Below are positions 1 to 10,987 of a stretch of 64,000 nt of DNA, piece after piece. This stretch comes from an uncultured Lachnospiraceae bacterium. GTDB lineage: Bacteria > Bacillota > Clostridia > Lachnospirales > Lachnospiraceae. The position numbers and the translations under genes were made by a program. Numbering within the stretch: position 1 is the stretch's first letter; each line of letters opens with the position of its first letter. Below the pieces are notes generated by a model. That model did not search any database, was not told the DNA's origin, and saw nothing but the letters and a program-made list of their open reading frames with translations. The DNA is taken from contig CAJUHR010000025.1 in the NCBI GenBank assembly GCA_910586255.1, positions 5,177 to 69,176 of the forward strand, read 5' to 3'.

Positions 1-1613
<1,613 letters not shown>

Positions 1614-1632
1614 GCAAATTTTTACGGATTCC

Positions 1633-1660
1633 TTATTTTTCCTGTGAGAAAGGCCGATAT
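1633..1660 (+). promoter_or_regulatory. sigma-28 (SigD/FliA)-type promoter candidate
   Basis: An exact GCCGATAT octamer at 1653-1660 lies about 100 nt upstream of ATG 1763. The -35 region is only AT-rich (TTAT), not a clean TAAA. Confidence 0.45.
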
Positions 1661-1762
1661 ATATAATGTATTCTGATTTGTCTTTAAGGTCTAGAGAACT
1701 GCAGCCAGCCTTAAGACAGATTCGGTAAATAAGGTATAGTTATACCAGAAAGGAGAAAAATT

Positions 1763-2668
1763 ATGGCAATTAATGGAGTTTCATCTTACAGCTACAATTA
1801 CGGCGGCTACAGCAGCCTGATTGACAGTGACAGCTGGAAAGATAAGGCGGAGCAGGAGAGCAACAGCATTAAGGAAAGTCTGGGGATCGATACCTCCACT
1901 TCCGGCACCAGCAGCTCGAAGAAAACCACCAGCACTGCCAAGACAGCTACCAGCACCTCTTCTTTCCTTATGGAATATCAGAGCAAGCTGGAGGATCTGG
2001 AAGCGGCGGCGGCAAAGCTGCAGACCAGCAAAAAAGACAATGTGTTTTCCAAATACGATCAGGCTGTTGCCAATGCGTCCAATACCCAGATTGTAGGTGA
2101 GGACGGAAAGCCCGTTCAGGTGGAAGACAAGAAGGTCACAGAAGCCAAGAATGACATTGTGGATGCCACAAAGGATTTCATTGACCAGATAAACGGCACC
2201 ATTGACTTTTTGTCCAAAAACAGCGGCCACAGCGCAACGGTTGCCTTCCAGCTTGCCAGTCTGCAGAGAACGATTCCCTCTGACAAGGCTCTGGCAAAGA
2301 TTGGGATCAGCGTTGATACCAAAGGCAATTTAAAGATGGACGAGGAGAAGTTCAGAGAGGCTCTGGAGAAGGATCCGGAGCTGGTGAAGGATCTTCTGGG
2401 CGGACAGTTTGGCATGGCAGAGCGGGCAGGCGACAAGGCTACCAAGATTCTGGATATGTCAGTTAATGAGATCATGGGAGGCTCTGCTTCTTCCAGTGAT
2501 ACTTCCAGTACCGGCAGCACAGGTAGCGGCACAGCATCTGTCGGCGCGGCTGCTTCTTCCAAATCGGCAATGCCGGATTCCTTCCGCCAGTTCGCCATCT
2601 TTGCAAAAAGCGGCGCATACAATCTGAGCAATTATTACGCTGTTTCTATGTTGAATATTTTGGTCTGA
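1763..2668 (+). CDS. FliD-like (filament-cap family) paralog, short form, 301 aa
   Basis: The segment 'LKMDEEKFREALEKDPELVKDLLGGQFGMAERAG' resembles the FliD C-terminal region. The N-terminus is Ser/Thr-rich and disordered. The C-terminal 'GAYNLSNYYAVSMLNILV' is shared with ORF 37502..38827. A good RBS (AAAGGAGAAAAATT) precedes the ATG. Confidence 0.5.
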   Translation: MAINGVSSYSYNYGGYSSLIDSDSWKDKAEQESNSIKESLGIDTSTSGTSSSKKTTSTAKTATSTSSFLMEYQSKLEDLEAAAAKLQTSKKDNVFSKYDQAVANASNTQIVGEDGKPVQVEDKKVTEAKNDIVDATKDFIDQINGTIDFLSKNSGHSATVAFQLASLQRTIPSDKALAKIGISVDTKGNLKMDEEKFREALEKDPELVKDLLGGQFGMAERAGDKATKILDMSVNEIMGGSASSSDTSSTGSTGSGTASVGAAASSKSAMPDSFRQFAIFAKSGAYNLSNYYAVSMLNILV

Positions 2669-2683
2669 TGATCAAAATACTTT

Positions 2684-2715
2684 GCCGGCAGGTGCGTAGC
2701 CTGCCGGTATTTTTG
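2684..2715 (+). terminator. rho-independent terminator
   Basis: Hairpin GCCGGCAGG-tgcgtag-CCTGCCGG is followed by TATTTTT, 16 nt after the stop codon. Confidence 0.8.
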
Positions 2716-2822
2716 GCATATTTTTATATAATTTTGCTTTTGATGTGCAATGTTTGGATGCTTTTAATAAAAAATATGTTGGGAAGCTCGGAAATGATTT
2801 TTAATAGAATGGGTATAGTTTA

Positions 2823-2851
2823 TTGACAATTTGTATTTGAAGCTATATTCT
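2823..2851 (+). promoter_or_regulatory. possible sigma-A promoter inside the flgB leader
   Basis: TTGACA lies at 2823-2828. TATATT/TATTCT candidates follow 15-17 nt downstream. No annotated gene follows. Confidence 0.3.
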
Positions 2852-2957
2852 ATATTAGTATTAGAGATGGTTTGCGTTATGAAAGCATATATTATAACTT
2901 TGTATAATTGCTGCTACCGTACTACTTAAGAAGACAGATTATTGACGATTATAAAAG

Positions 2958-2988
2958 GTTCTTGGAAATAACTTTCAGGAACTTTTTT
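2958..2988 (+). terminator. orphan terminator-like hairpin plus T6
   Basis: GTTCTTGGAA-ataac-TTTCAGGAAC forms a 10-bp stem with two G.U pairs and is followed by TTTTTT. It does not lie behind any predicted CDS. Confidence 0.4.
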
Positions 2989-3068
2989 AATGCTGTTTTT
3001 ATGTATCGAATTGTTTTGTGTGGTATTATGGTTTGCCGGATTATCTATATGCGGGAGGTTGCGCCGTA

Positions 3069-3100
3069 GTTACTGTTTACAAATACCTGTGAACAGTAAC
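3069..3100. repeat. GTTACTG/CAGTAAC hairpin repeat (type A)
   Basis: GTTACTGTTTAC-aaatacct-GTGAACAGTAAC. A third half-site, CAGTAAC, lies at 3104-3110. Confidence 0.6.
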
Positions 3101-3139
3101 ACGCAGTAACTGTGCAGAAATGAAAAAATGATGAAATCC

Positions 3140-3168
3140 TTGACATGGAAAAAATATTGAGGCATAAT
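3140..3168 (+). promoter_or_regulatory. sigma-A-type promoter candidate for the flgB operon
   Basis: TTGACA (3140-3145), a 17-nt spacer, then CATAAT (3163-3168). This lies about 180 nt upstream of the flgB ATG. Confidence 0.5.
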
Positions 3169-3350
3169 ATACTGTAATTGGGGGGGATTTCCGGTTACTC
3201 AAAGATGCCCTCCTCATTTGGCGTGTTAGCTGTGGCGGAATTTCATTTATCTATTCCTATCCGTGGCTGATCGTCATCCAGGGATTTCCTATTGAAAATT
3301 GTATGCCTGTGACGGAAAATAATAAGAAGATTTAGAAGGAGAACAAAAAC

Positions 3351-3743
3351 ATGGATGGTATGTATGGAAACGGTATTGCACTGTCAGAGAAGGTTTTGGA
3401 CTATCTGTGGGGCAGACAGACTGTATCTCTGAATAATGTGGCAAATGTGGATACTCCGGGATTTAAGTCCCAGTATGTGACATTTGAGGAGGAGATGGCC
3501 AAGCGTCTGTCTGAGGCCAGCAGCCAGAAGAAGGGGACAAAGAAGGCAGTGACCGATGCCATTGATGCATCCCGGTCCCAGCTACATACCACATGGATTG
3601 AGTCCAGCCGTTTGGACGGCAATAATGTAGATATGGATCAGGAACAGGTGGAGATTGTGCGGACAGCATATCAGTACCAGTATGTTCTCAATTCAATCAC
3701 CAATGATATTAACCGCTTGAGAAGCGCGGCAAAGAGCTTTTAA
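3351..3743 (+). CDS. flgB: flagellar basal-body rod protein FlgB
   Basis: 130 aa with the rod-family N-terminal motif 'LNNVANVDTPGFK'. It is the first gene of the operon, behind GAAGGAGAA. Confidence 0.9.
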   Translation: MDGMYGNGIALSEKVLDYLWGRQTVSLNNVANVDTPGFKSQYVTFEEEMAKRLSEASSQKKGTKKAVTDAIDASRSQLHTTWIESSRLDGNNVDMDQEQVEIVRTAYQYQYVLNSITNDINRLRSAAKSF

Positions 3744-3796
3744 TTCTAATTTGATTTAAACTTTAAGTTTATTTGGGAGTGAAAGAGAGGAATGGA

Positions 3797-4123
3797 ATGA
3801 TGGAAGGAGCCGCTTTTATAACACCAATGACCCCATGGGCCAATATTGGGACAGCTACGGATTTAAACCAGGTTCAGAACGCGCCTACAGCCAATGCGGA
3901 GGCATCCTTATTTAAAGATATTTTTAAGAATACGGTAGGTCAGGTCAAGGCGACCCAGGCAGATGTGGAGCATAAGCAGTATCTTTTGTCCACGGGACAG
4001 TTAGATGATGCTCATACGCTTCCCATTGCGGAGGCCAAGGCAGGGCTTGCCGTTGACGTTTTGATTTCCCTGCGCAATAAGACCATAGAATCCTACAATG
4101 AGCTGATAAAGATCAATGTATGA
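3797..4123 (+). CDS. fliE: flagellar hook-basal body complex protein FliE
   Basis: The C-terminus 'DDAHTLPIAEAKAGLAVDVLISLRNKTIESYNELIKINV' is FliE-like. I moved the start to ATG 3797, behind AAAGAGAGG. Confidence 0.85.
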   Translation: MMEGAAFITPMTPWANIGTATDLNQVQNAPTANAEASLFKDIFKNTVGQVKATQADVEHKQYLLSTGQLDDAHTLPIAEAKAGLAVDVLISLRNKTIESYNELIKINV

Positions 4124-4176
4124 TGATTAGCAGGATAAAGATGAGAAATTCGGTTGGATATTAATTATGATAAAGG

Positions 4177-5931
4177 TTGGATAAGAACGTGCAGAATTTG
4201 AAAGAAAGCTGGCAGAATGTGCCTGAGAAAACCCGGACTCTCATTAAGATCATTGCAGGAGGCACTGTGGTCCTGGCTTTGATTGCTATTTTGGCGCTGA
4301 ATCTGGGAAAAAATAAGGATTACAGCACCCTGTTTACAGGGTTGAACCAGGAGGAAGCCCAGCAGGTGGTGAATCTTCTTCAGGATGAGGGGATTGATTA
4401 CCGCTACAACACCAATGATGGAGCCATACGGGTTCCGGCTGCCACGGTGGATCAGACGAGGGCAAATCTTCTTAGCAAGGGATATCCCAAAAGCGGTTTT
4501 ACATACGATATGTATCTTAATAATACCGGCCTGATGACCACGGAGTCGGATAAGGAACAGATCACCCTCTACGATCTGCAGGATCGCCTGGGTGCTCAGA
4601 TCCGGCTTTTTGAGGGAGTCCAGGATGCGAAGGTGACTATTTCCCCTGCAGGGGAGCGGCGCTTTGTGGTGGAGGATCAGGCAGAGATGGATGCTTCCGC
4701 TTCCGTGGTGGTGACGATGCGAAGCGGAAGCAGCCTGACGCCGGAGAAGGCGCAGGCAGTGCGGGGGCTTATTTCCCATGCGGTCCGCGGCCTGAATATG
4801 ACCAATGTGGCGGTATATGATGCGGACACTATGATCGAGGTGGGGGGAGACACGGAGACTTCTGCCGGCGGAGCAACGGACATAGCTAGTCTTACCACCA
4901 TGGTGGAGGCCAATATCGCGGCCAACGTGAGACGGGTTCTGGAGCAGCTTTACGGCTCCGGCAATGTGGCTGTTTCCGTAAAAGGGCGGCTCAACATGGA
5001 GAAGCTGATTCAGGAGAGCACCCAGTACACCACCCCCGACAAGATTGACGAGGAGGATAAAACCGGACTTCTCCAGACCGAGGAGGTGCGGGATGAGAGC
5101 ACCAATTCGGCCACCCAGGCAGCCGGCGGACTGGTAGGCGCCGATGCCAATGCAGACACCCCCCGTTACACCAATAACGATGGCACAGGACAGACCAATG
5201 ACAGCTATGCCAACAGCAGTGCGTCCAGGGTATGGCTTTACAATATGTTAAAGGAACAAAGGCAGATCGAGCCGGGAGTGCTGGAGGACGTTTCCATTGG
5301 TGTTATGATTACCACGGAGGACATGGAGTCGGTGACCCAGGAGAGCCTGCTTCGGCTGGTAGCCAACTCGGCCGGTATTCCGGTGGATACGGTTGATCAG
5401 AAGGTGACCGTGATCCGGGCGCCGGGAGCCAAGGTGGAGGTGCCTGTCCAGAAGCCCGATGTTCCCACAGGCGTGGTAGGTCAGCTTGTTTCGGCTGTTC
5501 CGCTCCCGATTTTGATTGCCATAGTGGCCGGTATTGCTCTTTTGCTTCTTCTGCTTCTCTTGCTTTTGCTTCGCTCAAGACGCAAGAAGCAGGAAGTGGT
5601 CATGGAGGGCGATGAGTTTATCGAAGGAGATCAGGTTCTTGAAGGCGGAATGATGGCAGGCGGAGAAGAAGGCCTGGTGGCAGGCGAGGACGGCATAGAT
5701 ATGCCCGGTATGCCCGGCATGCCGGAGGATGAGGAAGACGAGTTTGCCAAGAATGAGGAGATTCTCAATCTGCGCATGCAGAGAAGCCTGCGCTTAAAGC
5801 AGAATATATCCGAGTTTGTTGATCAAAACCCGCAGATTGCGGCGAAGCTGGTACAGAGCTGGCTGAGAGGGGAGGAAAGCGATGGCAACGATAGAAGAAA
5901 ATCTTCTGGGTCTCGAAAACAGTCCAGATAA
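4177..5931 (+). CDS. fliF: flagellar M-ring protein FliF
   Basis: An N-terminal TM segment is followed by 'LFTGLNQEEAQQVVNLLQDEGIDYRY' (YscJ/FliF ring motif). A second, poly-Leu TM segment lies near the C-terminus. The start is uncertain: TTG 4177 or GTG 4189. Confidence 0.9.
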   Translation: MDKNVQNLKESWQNVPEKTRTLIKIIAGGTVVLALIAILALNLGKNKDYSTLFTGLNQEEAQQVVNLLQDEGIDYRYNTNDGAIRVPAATVDQTRANLLSKGYPKSGFTYDMYLNNTGLMTTESDKEQITLYDLQDRLGAQIRLFEGVQDAKVTISPAGERRFVVEDQAEMDASASVVVTMRSGSSLTPEKAQAVRGLISHAVRGLNMTNVAVYDADTMIEVGGDTETSAGGATDIASLTTMVEANIAANVRRVLEQLYGSGNVAVSVKGRLNMEKLIQESTQYTTPDKIDEEDKTGLLQTEEVRDESTNSATQAAGGLVGADANADTPRYTNNDGTGQTNDSYANSSASRVWLYNMLKEQRQIEPGVLEDVSIGVMITTEDMESVTQESLLRLVANSAGIPVDTVDQKVTVIRAPGAKVEVPVQKPDVPTGVVGQLVSAVPLPILIAIVAGIALLLLLLLLLLLRSRRKKQEVVMEGDEFIEGDQVLEGGMMAGGEEGLVAGEDGIDMPGMPGMPEDEEDEFAKNEEILNLRMQRSLRLKQNISEFVDQNPQIAAKLVQSWLRGEESDGNDRRKSSGSRKQSR

Positions 5932-6949
5932 AGGAGAAGGGGAGAGCATAACCGATCCCAAAAGCAAGGCCGCCCTGGTGGTGGTATCCTTAGGGGCAGA
6001 CAGAGCCTCTCAGATTTATAAATATTTAAATGAGCAGGATATTGAGGATCTTACATATGAGGTGGCAAAGCTGGGAAAGACCGGCAATGCCCAGGTGGAG
6101 TCCGTGCTTGATGAATTTTATAAGCTCTGCCTGACCCACAAGATGATGACGGACGGCGGTCTGGATTACGCCCGCAACGTTTTGGAGAAGGCTTTCGGCG
6201 AATCCACGGCAAGGAATCTTCTGGAAAAGGTCTCCAAGACCCTCCAGTCCAAGCCCTTCAACTTCTTTACCAAAGGAGATCCCAAGGCGCTTTTCTCCTT
6301 GCTGCAGAATGAGCGTCCTCAGGTGATAGCCCTGATTCTTGCCTATATGGATTCCATGCAGGCGGCTCAGGTATTGGAGGAGCTTCCCGATGAGAAGCGT
6401 ATACAGACGGTGGAGAGCATGGCCCGGATGGATAGGGTATCCCCGGAGGCCATTGCCATCGTGGAGGAGGAGATGAAGCGGAAGTTTGCCACCATCATCA
6501 CCAGCGAGGACAATATGAGCCTGGGCGGTATCGACTATGTGGCAGACATGATGAATCATGTGGACCGCAGCAGCGAGCGAAAGATCTTCGAGGAGTTGGG
6601 CAAACGCAATCCGGAGCTGGCCCAGAGCATTCGGGACAAAATGTTCGTGTTCGAGAATATACTGGATATGGACGACCGTTCCGTGCAGCGGTTTGTCCGG
6701 GACTGCGATGCCAAGGATATTGTATTTGCCTTAAAGAATGCATCGGAGGATATGAAGAACGTGTTCTTCAGCAATATGTCCAAACGTATGGTGGAGACGG
6801 TCAAGGGCGACCTGGAAATCACTACCAACGTAAGACTGAAGGATGTGGAAGAGGCTCAGCAGAGAATCGTCAATATTATCCGCAATCTGGAGGAGCAGGG
6901 TGAAGTGATCATAAAGAAGGGAGGCGACAATGACGACATTATCGCCTAA
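5882..6949 (+). CDS. fliG: flagellar motor switch protein FliG
   Basis: 355 aa with FliG-like N, M and C regions ('ALVVVSLGADRASQIYKYL', 'KMFVFENIL'). It overlaps the fliF 3' end by 50 nt. Confidence 0.92.
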   Translation: MATIEENLLGLENSPDKGEGESITDPKSKAALVVVSLGADRASQIYKYLNEQDIEDLTYEVAKLGKTGNAQVESVLDEFYKLCLTHKMMTDGGLDYARNVLEKAFGESTARNLLEKVSKTLQSKPFNFFTKGDPKALFSLLQNERPQVIALILAYMDSMQAAQVLEELPDEKRIQTVESMARMDRVSPEAIAIVEEEMKRKFATIITSEDNMSLGGIDYVADMMNHVDRSSERKIFEELGKRNPELAQSIRDKMFVFENILDMDDRSVQRFVRDCDAKDIVFALKNASEDMKNVFFSNMSKRMVETVKGDLEITTNVRLKDVEEAQQRIVNIIRNLEEQGEVIIKKGGDNDDIIA

Positions 6950-7865
6950 CCGAAGGGTCATCAAGCGCCCGGATACAGTGGAAAACACAGCAATCGAACA
7001 ATATGTCCCTCCCCGGGAGTATTTGGTAAAGGGGGAAGCGGCTATTCCCCACAAGCTGTCCTTTCCCCGGTACGGCAGGGACGGCAAGGAGGCGGGAGAG
7101 TATCACATGGCCTACGGTCTGACGCCTCTGGATGTGGAGGAAAAGCCGAAAAAGCCTCAGCCCCGTGTGGAAGCTCCCCAGGAGGTGAGGGAGATTTCCG
7201 AAGAGGAGCAGCCCGGTCCGGACACAGAGCTTTTTGAGAAGTGGAAGGAAGAGGCGGCCAAGACCTTAGAGGATGCCAAAAAGGAGGCGGCCCGGATCTT
7301 GGAGGAGGCGGCCGACAAGGCCAGACAGGAGCAGGCTTTAGCCCGGGAGACCGGTATGCGGGAGGGCTATGAGACTGGGTACCGGGAGGGCCGGGAGAAG
7401 GCGGAGAGTGAGTGCAGGCAGGAGCTTGACAACACGCTCGCTGATTTCCGGGAGGATATGACCCGGGCCTTAAGATCTGTGGAGCGGGCCAAGGAGAACT
7501 GTCTGCGGACCTATCTGGATGAGCTTAAGGATTGCGCGGTGGCCGTGGGAGAGAAGGTGATTCACATCAGCCTTCGTTCCAGCGGAGAGGTGATCAAGCA
7601 GATGATCATTGCCGCCACCGAGAAGCTTAAAAAAACTGCCTGGGTCAAGATTTATATTGACAAATGTGATTATGACATGATGATACAGGCGGATGCCGAT
7701 ATATTGGATGAGCTGTCCCATCTGTCTGACAATATTAAATTTATTGTCATGGATAAAGAGGACAGGGGCAATTGTATCATAGAGATGCCGGAAGAGATTA
7801 TTGATGTGAGCGTCAATACACAGATGGAGAATATCAAGGATATTCTGGAGAATGTGAGGGTTTAG
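6930..7865 (+). CDS. fliH: flagellar assembly protein FliH
   Basis: It sits between fliG and fliI. The central region is charged coiled-coil. The C-terminal domain is FliH/ATPase-stalk-like ('VAVGEKVIHISLRSSGEVIKQMI'). Confidence 0.8.
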   Translation: MTTLSPNRRVIKRPDTVENTAIEQYVPPREYLVKGEAAIPHKLSFPRYGRDGKEAGEYHMAYGLTPLDVEEKPKKPQPRVEAPQEVREISEEEQPGPDTELFEKWKEEAAKTLEDAKKEAARILEEAADKARQEQALARETGMREGYETGYREGREKAESECRQELDNTLADFREDMTRALRSVERAKENCLRTYLDELKDCAVAVGEKVIHISLRSSGEVIKQMIIAATEKLKKTAWVKIYIDKCDYDMMIQADADILDELSHLSDNIKFIVMDKEDRGNCIIEMPEEIIDVSVNTQMENIKDILENVRV

Positions 7866-7871
7866 GAAGGT

Positions 7872-9173
7872 ATGTATGAGAAGATTCCGTCCCTGATCAG
7901 CAAGTCGGAGACGGTCAGCCATATCGGAAAAATTGAAAATGTGGTGGGAATGTCCATGGAAGCCTCCGGCGGCCGGTCCAGTATTGGAGATATTGTCATG
8001 ATCTACAATGAGGAACAGAATCGTCAGATGCCGGCAGAGGTGGTAGGCTTTAAGGACGGGAAGATCCAGCTGATGACCTATGAGGCTACCAGCGGCATTG
8101 CCTCCGGAAGCTTTGTCCGCAATACCAGGCGAAGGCTGAAGGTGCCGGTAGGAGATTTCTTAAGGGGAAGGATCATCAATGCTTTGGGAGAGCCTATTGA
8201 CGGCGGGGAGAGTTTTCCCGCCAGCCGCCATTATACGGTCAGCAGCCCTTACATCAATCCTCTCAACCGTCCGCCTATTCGTGAACGGCTGGAATTTGGG
8301 GTAAAGGCCATTGACGGTCTTAATACAATCGGCAAGGGACAGAGAATCGGTATTTTTGCCGGATCTGGTGTGGGAAAGAGTACACTGATGGGCATGATCG
8401 CCAAGAATGTCAAGACAGATATTAATGTGATTGCCCTGGTGGGAGAGCGTGGGCGTGAGGTACTTGAGTTTGTCCAGAAGGACCTGGGAGAGGAAGGCAT
8501 GCGGCGTTCTGTTTTGGTTGTGGCCACATCGGATCAACCGGCCATGCTCCGCATGAAATGTCCTTTGGTGGCCACCACAATCGCAGAATATTTCAAGGAT
8601 CAGGGTTATGATGTGCTCCTGATGATGGATTCGCTTACCCGATATGCAATGGCCCAGAGAGAGATCGGCCTTGCTATTGGGGAACCTCCCATTGCCAGGG
8701 GCTATACGCCGTCTATCTATGCAGAGTTTCCTAAGCTTTTGGAGCGAAGCGGCAATTTCGGAAAGGGATCCATCACCGGGGTTTATACGGTGCTGGTGGA
8801 AGGCGATGACACCAACGAGCCAATCTCCGATACGGTCCGCGGTATTCTGGACGGCCACATTGTGCTCAGCAGACAGCTGGCCAACGAGAACCATTTTCCG
8901 GCCATTGACATTGGCGCAAGCATCTCCCGCCTGATGGTGGAGATCGTATCAAAGGATCATCAGAGAGACGCGTCCCGGCTGCGGAACCTTCTGGGCCTTT
9001 ATCAGAAGAACGCGGATCTGATTTCCATCGGCGCTTATAAGAGAGGAAGCAATGCGGCTCTGGATGAAGCTGTTTCAAAGATAAATGAGATCAACCGATT
9101 TTTGCAGCAGGAGATTGACGAGAGCTTCAGCTATGAGGAAACCCTGCAGCTTATAGAGAAGATCGTCAGTTGA
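7872..9173 (+). CDS. fliI: flagellum-specific ATPase FliI
   Basis: Walker A 'GSGVGKST' and Walker B 'VLLMMDSLTRYA'. The protein is F1/T3SS ATPase-like throughout. Confidence 0.97.
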   Translation: MYEKIPSLISKSETVSHIGKIENVVGMSMEASGGRSSIGDIVMIYNEEQNRQMPAEVVGFKDGKIQLMTYEATSGIASGSFVRNTRRRLKVPVGDFLRGRIINALGEPIDGGESFPASRHYTVSSPYINPLNRPPIRERLEFGVKAIDGLNTIGKGQRIGIFAGSGVGKSTLMGMIAKNVKTDINVIALVGERGREVLEFVQKDLGEEGMRRSVLVVATSDQPAMLRMKCPLVATTIAEYFKDQGYDVLLMMDSLTRYAMAQREIGLAIGEPPIARGYTPSIYAEFPKLLERSGNFGKGSITGVYTVLVEGDDTNEPISDTVRGILDGHIVLSRQLANENHFPAIDIGASISRLMVEIVSKDHQRDASRLRNLLGLYQKNADLISIGAYKRGSNAALDEAVSKINEINRFLQQEIDESFSYEETLQLIEKIVS

Positions 9174-9190
9174 TTTCGGAGGAGCAAACG

Positions 9191-9655
9191 GTGAAAAAAT
9201 TTCAATACAGACTGGAGACGGTCCTGGCCTACAAGACGCAGGTGCTGGACAATTTGAAAACCGAACATGCAGCCATTATGCAGAATGTGAACCGGAAGCA
9301 GGAGGAGATCCGGGGGCTCAATCAGGAGCTGGCAGGCTATGAGAGTCAGTTTGATCAGGCCAAGGAGGATGGAATCTCCATTGAGAGTTATCGGTTGTTT
9401 GATATGTGCATCGGGCGTATGGAAGAGATCATTGATGTGGAGAAGACCCGGCTCAAGGCCCTGCGGAAACAGGAAAACGCCAAAAAGCAGGAGGTCATAG
9501 ACGCCAAGGTGGACACGTCCAAATTTGAGAAGCTGAAGGAAAAGAAAATCGGAGAATATCAAAGGGCTGTAATGAAAGCTGATGAGATGTTTGTGGAAGA
9601 ATTTGTTTCCGGGGTAGCCCTGAGACAGAGAAACGGCGGCGGTTTGGGGGCCTGA
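9191..9655 (+). CDS. fliJ: flagellar export chaperone/stalk protein FliJ
   Basis: 'KKFQYRLETVLAYKTQVLDNLKTEHAA' is FliJ-like, and the protein is coiled-coil. I placed the start at GTG 9191, behind GGAGGAGC. Confidence 0.8.
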   Translation: MKKFQYRLETVLAYKTQVLDNLKTEHAAIMQNVNRKQEEIRGLNQELAGYESQFDQAKEDGISIESYRLFDMCIGRMEEIIDVEKTRLKALRKQENAKKQEVIDAKVDTSKFEKLKEKKIGEYQRAVMKADEMFVEEFVSGVALRQRNGGGLGA

Positions 9656-9820
9656 GTTTACTTTGCAAAACTTGTAGTATTTTCTGCTTTTTTATGTTAT
9701 AGTATAGAAGTATGACGATTTTTGTCGCTGGGCGGGTCATTTTTGATGGCATTTTGAATGGGATAATCACGGTCATGCGCCGTTGATTATAGATATAATA
9801 ATATGGAAAGGAGGGATTTG

Positions 9821-10975
9821 GTGGAGACAGCAGTGAAATTGCAGACCATGGCATCGGCAAAAACCCAGATAACCGGGCGGCAGGTATCCCAGAAGGCCTC
9901 TGTGGAGAACGGCGATTTTACCAAGCTTTTGCAGGCCAAGAAGGATTTGGCAGACAGTGCAGAGCAGGCCGGCCAGACACAGGCAAAGAAGCCGGATAAG
10001 AATGATAAGGATACCGTGAAAGAGCCTTCCAAAGAGAATCCTGAGGACTCTAAGGCTCCTGTGAAGGAGGAAGAGAATTTAGGACAGCAGGAAGCATTGC
10101 AGCAGGCAGTTCTCATGCAGGCAGCGGTCCAGGTGGTAGAGGTTTTAAAGGAAGAGCCGGAGACTGTGGAAGGGACGATGACAGAGACGGTGGATTTTGC
10201 AAAACCAGTGGATGGCCTGGCGGAGGCAGGCGAGAATATGCCAGTGCCTCAGGATGAAGTAAAAGGAGAGTCTGTTCTTCAGGAGATGACGCCAGTGGCA
10301 GTGGAGAAACCGCCAGAGGAGAGTCAGCCTAAGCCTGTTGCCAATCAGCCTCAGGAGTCTGTGGCGGGCGAGATGAGGATTTCAGACAGGACAGATGCCA
10401 AAGGCCAGGAGAGAGAGAAGGATCTGACTGGTTCCAAAGAGGGACAGACCCGGGAAGAGCCGAAGGTACAAAATAGCCAGGAGCTATATAGCGGAGCATC
10501 CTTCAGAGCAAGCCAGACAGAACATATATTCCGCGATTCTGGACGGGCAGGGGAGATCCCCTTAAGGACTACTCCTCAGACATTGCCAGAAGATCTGGGA
10601 AAGACTCTTGCAGCCAGGTTTCCCGATACAGGAAAGACTCTGACCGTGGAGTTAGAACCGGCATCTCTTGGAAAGCTTACTATTCACATGACCTATGAGG
10701 CCGGGAGAGCGGCAGTGTCTATTATGGCCACAAATCCAAAAACCTTGGAGCTTCTCAGTGAAAAGGTATCGGAGATTGCAGCGATCTTAGAGGAAAAGAC
10801 AGGACAGAATACAGTGGTTCTCACCCAGCAGCCTCAGGAGCAGGAGCAGTATCAGGAGAACAAGGATGGTACAGCTAATCAGGGAGAGAGCAGACAACAG
10901 GAACAGCATCAAAAAGAAGAAAAGGGACAGCACAGCGATTCCTTTGCTCAGCAGCTAAGGCTTGGGCTGGTCTAA
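9821..10975 (+). CDS. fliK: flagellar hook-length control protein FliK
   Basis: The C-terminal Flg_hook-like segment 'LTVELEPASLGKLTIHMTYEAGRAAVSIMATNPKTLELL' follows a disordered N-terminal half rich in E, P and Q. The start is uncertain: ATG 9803, GTG 9821 behind AAGGAGGG, or ATG 9848. Confidence 0.8.
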   Translation: METAVKLQTMASAKTQITGRQVSQKASVENGDFTKLLQAKKDLADSAEQAGQTQAKKPDKNDKDTVKEPSKENPEDSKAPVKEEENLGQQEALQQAVLMQAAVQVVEVLKEEPETVEGTMTETVDFAKPVDGLAEAGENMPVPQDEVKGESVLQEMTPVAVEKPPEESQPKPVANQPQESVAGEMRISDRTDAKGQEREKDLTGSKEGQTREEPKVQNSQELYSGASFRASQTEHIFRDSGRAGEIPLRTTPQTLPEDLGKTLAARFPDTGKTLTVELEPASLGKLTIHMTYEAGRAAVSIMATNPKTLELLSEKVSEIAAILEEKTGQNTVVLTQQPQEQEQYQENKDGTANQGESRQQEQHQKEEKGQHSDSFAQQLRLGLV

Positions 10976-10987
10976 AAAGGAGAGATT

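Noticed and set aside
2669-3350. A c-di-GMP riboswitch and/or an invertible 'flagellar switch' in the flgB leader, by analogy with C. difficile.
   Set aside because: I found no long inverted repeats flanking a 100-300-bp segment; the only one is the close-spaced 12-bp hairpin at 3069-3100. I could not recognise GEMM-I or GEMM-II conserved cores by eye. The idea remains a hypothesis to test with covariance models and is not called as a feature.
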